Source: an uncultured Nitrososphaeraceae archaeon
GTDB lineage: Archaea > Thermoproteota > Nitrososphaeria > Nitrososphaerales > Nitrososphaeraceae
DNA: 64,000 nt
Assembly: GCA_963779615.1 (NCBI GenBank)
Contig: CAVZZA010000003.1
Location: forward strand, 1 to 64,000
Direction of reading: 5' to 3'
In this document: positions 58,379 to 64,000 of the stretch, in pieces
Position numbering within the stretch: position 1 is the stretch's first letter
Layout: each line of letters begins with the position of its first letter
Program-made: the position numbers and the translations under genes
The notes under the pieces: generated by a model
Seen by the model: the letters and a program-made list of their open reading frames with translations, nothing else
What the model was told of the DNA's origin: nothing
Database searches by the model: none

Positions 58379-59075
58379 TTAGATTGGTTTTCCCAAAAGG
58401 GTTTTCTCATAATGTTTTTATTTAACATGTTCGAGTATGTAAAAGAAATTGCACTTTCGAAAAATATAGATTCAATTAAAGTGTGTCAAAACCCTACGTT
58501 TGGATTTTATCGATACACACAATAAATTTTCCTATATTCTTTTTACCCTTGATTATAATTCATTTCAACAAAGCATTGAAATAAAATATTATAAAAAACT
58601 CTGTACTATAGACACATAGATAGTCACCTAAAACAACATAGATTTGTTTATAAACTTTTTTTTCATTTACCACAATATTGTCTTTTTAAGAAGGAATGGT
58701 AAAAAATTGCATCTTCCAGGTTACATCTTTTTGGATATAACGCATTTAACCAAACATAACTTTTAATGAAATCTGTATTGGCACATATGGTTTGAGGGGA
58801 TTATCTATAAAAAATCTAAAGGAGCTTTTACTCATGTCTCAATTTCAGCAGCTTTGTATGAAAATGCCTTTTTAAAAACTTTTACTGGCAATTAAGTTAC
58901 TCCAAATAAAGCAAAAACACAAAGCATGCATCCAATACAAAACAGTCTCTGCATTTTTCTCCAAACAAGAAAAGGATCATCCCATTCAAATTGTAGTTAT
59001 TGTGTATACTACCTAAGAATTTCATGTAGACAGCACTGTAAATAAAGCACTCATTTTAAATGCCATTGCAATTAA

Positions 59076-59885
59076 TTAATCAGATAACTTTAACTCCAGA
59101 TCTTCAATTTTTTTTCTGATTTCTTTTATTTCCAATAGTATCTCTTTTTGGGTCGCAGGCTGCATAATTTCATTTTCTAATTGCTTGTATGCCTCTTCGG
59201 ATTTCCTTACAATCACTGCAACAAATATATTGATAACAATAAACGTTCCTATCACTATAAAGCTTATGAAGAAAAGCCCATAAAACGGATTCACAGTTGT
59301 TGCAGGAGACATTACCTCAACCCAGCCTTCCAATGTCAGTATTTGAAACAACGTTAAAACAGACCTCGGCAGTGTGTTCCAATGTTCTGGATCTATATTG
59401 TTAAATAAATGAAACCCCGCAATACCGTAGATAAAAAAAAGAAGAGACAAAAGTAAAAAAATGTTTACCATGCTTGGAATTGACTTAATTATCGTCATAA
59501 CCACAATTGACATTTCCCTGGATCGATTTGTTAAACGGGTAACTCGCAATAGTCTAATCAACCTGGCGACAGTGGAATAACCACCACCAAGGGGCAAAAG
59601 TGACAGTACGATAATTGAGAAATCCAATATGTTCCATCCGTCTTTAAAGTATTTGAAAACATTTGGGTACGAGGAAACCATCTTTAGTCCGGCCTCAATC
59701 ATAAAAACAGATAATACGAAAATGTTGATTGACTCAAAGAGCAAAAAATAGCTGTTAAATTCAGAAATTGTTTCTAACGCCAATACGGCTGCTTGTATCA
59801 ATATAACTATAGTTATGAAATAATTAAAACTTTTATGGTTAACTAACATTTTTACCATTGCAGACATTTTTACCATTGCAGACAT
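59076..59885 (-). CDS. Prokaryotic voltage-gated cation channel (BacNav/AnclNav-like)
   Basis: WNILDF, S4 RLIRLLRVTRL, filter TLEGWVE, S6 INIFVAVIV, coiled-coil tail. Confidence 0.93.
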   Translation of the reverse strand: MSAMVKMSAMVKMLVNHKSFNYFITIVILIQAAVLALETISEFNSYFLLFESINIFVLSVFMIEAGLKMVSSYPNVFKYFKDGWNILDFSIIVLSLLPLGGGYSTVARLIRLLRVTRLTNRSREMSIVVMTIIKSIPSMVNIFLLLSLLFFIYGIAGFHLFNNIDPEHWNTLPRSVLTLFQILTLEGWVEVMSPATTVNPFYGLFFISFIVIGTFIVINIFVAVIVRKSEEAYKQLENEIMQPATQKEILLEIKEIRKKIEDLELKLSD

Positions 59886-60216
59886 TTTTCTCAGTTCTTA
59901 ATTTTATTTGTATAATATTTTTAACTTTTGAATGGTTATTCGCTCTTACATCAAAATTATGAACTATAACTGTATCGATAGGAATTATAAGAAGCGTGGC
60001 TTTTAAAATTCAATAAAGTTAGATTTATCTTTTGCTTGTATAATTTATCTGAAAAAAAACCGTTTTGTTTGTTGAAATAGAAGAATTATATGCAAGAGGG
60101 GGGAATGAAAATTCCAAAACGCTTGAAGATCAACCTTCAACAAATCATCATATCCTAACTAAACTGAATTACCTAAAAATAACAAACACAATCCAAAATA
60201 ATAAAAAAAAGGGTAA

Positions 60217-60435
60217 TTATTCTTTTTTTACGCCTTCTTTATGTATCCAATGGTACACAATGTTTTCGGCAGTAATCCAATAAGTTTCGGTACCCGCATC
60301 CACAATAATTTCCTTTGTATTGTCATCAAACTTTACATTATGTTTGTGCAACTCAAGCTCTTCACCAGAACCCAATCGGATCATTACCTCCCCATTATTT
60401 TCTACGCTGTCTTTTATAGATTCATAATTTGCCAT
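60217..60435 (-). CDS. Small beta-barrel hypothetical protein
   Basis: 72-aa ATG ORF (GEVMIRL.SGEELELHKH). Confidence 0.8.
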   Translation of the reverse strand: MANYESIKDSVENNGEVMIRLGSGEELELHKHNVKFDDNTKEIIVDAGTETYWITAENIVYHWIHKEGVKKE

Positions 60436-60907
60436 TATCTTAACTCAATTGTAATCTTCCTTTTAACTTTATCAGGAATAAAACGGAAAAACAAGTCATT
60501 AAATAAACATTAACGAATTCCTTTGGTTTTACTGCTTTTCCTTTATTTTGATATCGCAAAAGACGCTAATCCTATTTAACTTTGTAATTTAGGTTGCATT
60601 TTCCCTTTATCTTAATAAAGCAATACAATTGATTGATTTCAATTCCTTAGACATGGCTAGTGTTTGATTAAAAGAATTGGCTTATTTTTATTAATGAATA
60701 CGGGTATTGAAAATGACATTTAAGCACATGTAACTGTGAACAGGTATTTTTTGGGCATTAATAAAAAGAAATCACAGTACTAATAAAAAGGCATTTGACT
60801 GATATATTTATAGTTGTTAACATATGTACATATATGTATATTTGCATAAGGATCCCATTAGCAATATTTATCCACACTCAGGACAAGTATTTTAGAAGGT
60901 AAAGAGG

Positions 60908-61354
60908 ATGCCTGACAGATTATTTTCAGAAGATGACACGGAATTCATTGAGGCAAGAATCAATAACATTGGCTTTCTTGACACAATGGGATTGGAGGGC
61001 GCCGTTATCTTAAAATCCATCGACGGTGTGGAGTTTCCTATTGTTGCATTCTCGGGGGAGGTAGCAGGACACATAGCTCTGTTTCAACAGGGAAAAAAAA
61101 ATGACGTACCTACCATGTACAATCTGGTTGAAGAAATCGCGGTAATGCATGATTTACTTTTAATTGAGGTAAGAATATATCAAAGTGATTCGGCTTTGCG
61201 GGCTAACCTATATTTTCAAAACAGAAAAAAAGAAATCCAGATCCTGAGAAACTACCGCGCGTCTGATGCGATAGCGCTGGCGGCTTATCATGACATCCCA
61301 ATCAAGATAAGAAAGACATTATTGAAAAAAAAAGATAACGAGATTGGCATCTAA
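60908..61354 (+). CDS. Bifunctional nuclease (DUF151) domain protein
   Basis: AVILK...FPI, PTMYNL, YRASDAIALA...IPI. Confidence 0.85.
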   Translation: MPDRLFSEDDTEFIEARINNIGFLDTMGLEGAVILKSIDGVEFPIVAFSGEVAGHIALFQQGKKNDVPTMYNLVEEIAVMHDLLLIEVRIYQSDSALRANLYFQNRKKEIQILRNYRASDAIALAAYHDIPIKIRKTLLKKKDNEIGI

Positions 61355-61886
61355 AAAAAATAGTATTGTATTTTCTTTCAACATATAACGCCTATATTTC
61401 ATTAATGAACATGACAAGGTTTTCAACTATCTACAATACTGTAACAAAATTTAATTGATCTAAAATAAACTGTTGTACTGCTTTATCTTTTAGCATTAGT
61501 TGGTGAAAATAGATTTAGGACAACAGCAAGCGTCAATACGTTAGGAGACCAACACGATTGGTAATGATGCCAATCTAAGAATTTCACATCGACATTTAGC
61601 AACACCCCATAAAACGGATTTGTTATTACAGGCATTAGGTAGAGACTGTGAAAGGCAATAATAGATATATAGAATTTTTCAATACATTCACCTTGAATAA
61701 CTTATTACTCTATTTCTTGTTTTTTTTCTTATGCATAGCCTTTAATTGTCATGTTCATAGATTAACATTATCATGGTATTATAAAAGAGAATATTTGGGT
61801 TTTTTATTATTTTGTTTTAGAAAAAACACAGCCATGAAGTACTCATAATCTTAAAGAGGTAGTAACGGCTTATTTTGTTTGTGCCA

Positions 61887-61985
61887 CTACTCTTCTTCCC
61901 CTTCCAATTTTTCTCTTTGTTCCTCTTCTTCTTTTTCATGCTCTTTTTTTAATTCCTCCAAATCTTGGTCAGTTTCCATATTCAT
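61887..61985 (-). CDS. 32-aa acidic microprotein
   Basis: MNMETDQDLEELKKEHEKEEEEQREKLEGEEE*; TTTATATATA box just upstream. Confidence 0.55.
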   Translation of the reverse strand: MNMETDQDLEELKKEHEKEEEEQREKLEGEEE

Positions 61986-62293
61986 TCCACAAATAATTTA
62001 TATATAAACACTTAAGCCTTTTATCAGAATTAGTTCATTACTAGTTTTGTTAACAATAATAAATAAGATATTTTGATTTAGTACCAGTGTAGAATACAAT
62101 TTGGTTTGCGACAAGTTATCAGTATTAGGCATTTCCATACAGTTTTTACAGATTATTTTTTTGGATTTTTATACCGAACAATAAGCAATACACCCAGAAA
62201 ACGCCATTCCGTAACACATTCTCCCATTAATTATTGGAGGTGGATGCTAAAGTAGCTTCATATTAACTCAGGTATTTAACACATAACAATATT

Positions 62294-63256
62294 TTGAGTG
62301 AAAAAGTTGACAAGAAGTACTGTATTTCAGTTTCCAATTTGAGAAAAGAATACGCACACAAAAAAGTTGCACTGGATGGCATTTCATTCAATGTGGAGTA
62401 TGGTAAGATATTCGGATTCCTTGGGCCGAACGGGGCTGGCAAGAGCACAACGATAAAGATATTAACCACATTACTTAACCCAACTTCCGGGAACGTGCAT
62501 ATCTTTGGAAAAGATATCACAAAATTTGCCGTTGAAATAAGAAAGAAAATAGGCGTGATATCTCAACAGCCAAGTTCGGAGAATCATTTGACAGTGGAAA
62601 AAGCCCTGGACCTGTATGGATTGCTATGGGGGATCAAAGGGAAGAAAAGGAAAGACAAAGTAAATGAAATAATTGAGGTGTTTGACCTGCAAGAAATTCG
62701 GAAAACAAATAATGACGAGCTCTCAATAGGTCAAAGAAGAAGGGTTCAAGTTGCAAGGGAATTTATCCATGACATGAAATTGCTTTTTTTAGATGAGCCT
62801 ACAGTTGGGTTGGATCCCTCTGCAAGGAGAATGCTCTTGGATTATATCAAAAGTCAGGTAAAGTTGGGCCTTACTGTTTTTTTTACAACTCACATAATGG
62901 AAGAAGCAGAATATTTATGCGATGAAATAGCCATCATCAACAGAGGAAAAATAATTGCTTTTGATACACCTAGCGGATTAAAGAATAAATATGATGTGAA
63001 CAAAATTATCGAGTTAGGGGTAAAGGATATTTCCGCCAAATCAATCTTTCCTTTATTAAAGGACACCGCTTTTGATTCACAAGTTGAAATTGATGGGGTG
63101 CACAGTTTTAAGATAAAGTCTTTAAATCCCCAACAGGTTTTAATTAAAATAATTGAAGGCTTTTCAAAAAACAATATACAGATAGAAAGCATCGCAATCA
63201 AATCTCCTTCTTTAGAAGAAATATTCCTAAATATGGTAAGCAATGAAAAGCAATAA
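62294..63256 (+). CDS. ABC transporter ATP-binding protein (DrrA-like)
   Basis: GPNGAGKST, LSIGQRRR, LFLDEPT, TTH. Confidence 0.96.
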   Translation: MSEKVDKKYCISVSNLRKEYAHKKVALDGISFNVEYGKIFGFLGPNGAGKSTTIKILTTLLNPTSGNVHIFGKDITKFAVEIRKKIGVISQQPSSENHLTVEKALDLYGLLWGIKGKKRKDKVNEIIEVFDLQEIRKTNNDELSIGQRRRVQVAREFIHDMKLLFLDEPTVGLDPSARRMLLDYIKSQVKLGLTVFFTTHIMEEAEYLCDEIAIINRGKIIAFDTPSGLKNKYDVNKIIELGVKDISAKSIFPLLKDTAFDSQVEIDGVHSFKIKSLNPQQVLIKIIEGFSKNNIQIESIAIKSPSLEEIFLNMVSNEKQ

Positions 63257-63279
63257 AATAAAAACTCCGACAAATTGTT

Positions 63280-64000
63280 TTACACTTTTACTTTCAACAT
63301 AGAAATGGCGGCGATTAAAAAAGCTATGGACGAAATCACTGAAATAATAACGACTTCAATAGCAGTAAAGCCAGTAATTTGTGAGTATATCCCCGCCCTG
63401 GTTATATCTACTATATAGGTTAGAGGATTAATGTAGAAGGCTGTCTTTAGAGGTTCAGGTACTGATTCCGCAGGATAAAATGTAGAACTTGCAAAGGCGA
63501 AAAACAAAAAAACACCATTACTGATAACAGTAAATCCTTCACTGCTTTTTAGCCTTGTGGATATTATTACTGTAACAGACCCAAAAAATACTGCACCGAT
63601 GACTATGGCAAAAATTGTAAAAGGTATACTCACCATTGTGGGATTTGCATTGCCTACCATAGTCGGAAGGCCAACCACTAGGATCAATGCAGCGCTAGCC
63701 AGCCCCATAATCATAATGGTAACAAGATTACCGATTATGTATTGGAGTTTTGTAAAAGGCAAGACAAGCAATTGCTGAAACATGCCGTTCCTCTTATCAC
63801 TCCAAATAATGCTTCCAGTAACAGTACTGCTATTCATAACATTAAAACCAATCATTCCCACGGCCAAATACGAGGGATATGAAACGAGTATATCGCCTAT
63901 TTGCACTCCTTGATTTCCAATTAATCCAGAATATGCATATCCTGATACAAATATATAAAAAGTAGGAAAGACAACTTGCCATATCAAAAACACCTTATCG
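63280..64000 (-). CDS. ABC-2 permease (DrrB-like); 5' end beyond the window
   Basis: TM helices; FASSTFYP..P, INPLTYIVD. Confidence 0.92.
   Translation of the reverse strand, partial: DKVFLIWQVVFPTFYIFVSGYAYSGLIGNQGVQIGDILVSYPSYLAVGMIGFNVMNSSTVTGSIIWSDKRNGMFQQLLVLPFTKLQYIIGNLVTIMIMGLASAALILVVGLPTMVGNANPTMVSIPFTIFAIVIGAVFFGSVTVIISTRLKSSEGFTVISNGVFLFFAFASSTFYPAESVPEPLKTAFYINPLTYIVDITRAGIYSQITGFTAIEVVIISVISSIAFLIAAISMLKVKV

Overview
AT-rich archaeal DNA. Gene content points to an ammonia-oxidising soil archaeon (Nitrososphaeraceae, Ca. Nitrosocosmicus-like): J-domain/ferredoxin fusion, stand-alone response regulators with PLD-like histidine kinases, cupredoxins, a two-domain multicopper oxidase, a PQQ sugar dehydrogenase, NHL and FxLYD proteins, and IS5 remnants. 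This assignment is inferred from gene families. No rRNA, tRNA or CRISPR array was found. Main points: (1) 1-1988 is an imperfect ~2 kb palindrome folding back around an 8-nt loop inside a truncated cupredoxin-like gene; it may be a long-read fold-back artefact or a real hairpin/inverted duplication. (2) 15113-27296 holds three related secreted, mucin-like Gly/Ser- and Pro/Thr-repeat proteins built from shuffled modules, co-oriented with a GT-C-like membrane glycosyltransferase, an epimerase and a DPM1-like GT2. This is the best candidate for an undescribed system (archaeal O-glycosylated variable surface proteins). (3) A degenerate IS5-family element has a matching ~147-bp MITE 31 kb away. (4) A BacNav-like channel has a CavMr-type TLEGWVE filter. 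(5) Several microproteins (Zn-binding or acidic) fall below the ORF-track cut-off. Many frameshifts sit in homopolymers or repeats, so some 'pseudogenes' may be sequencing errors.
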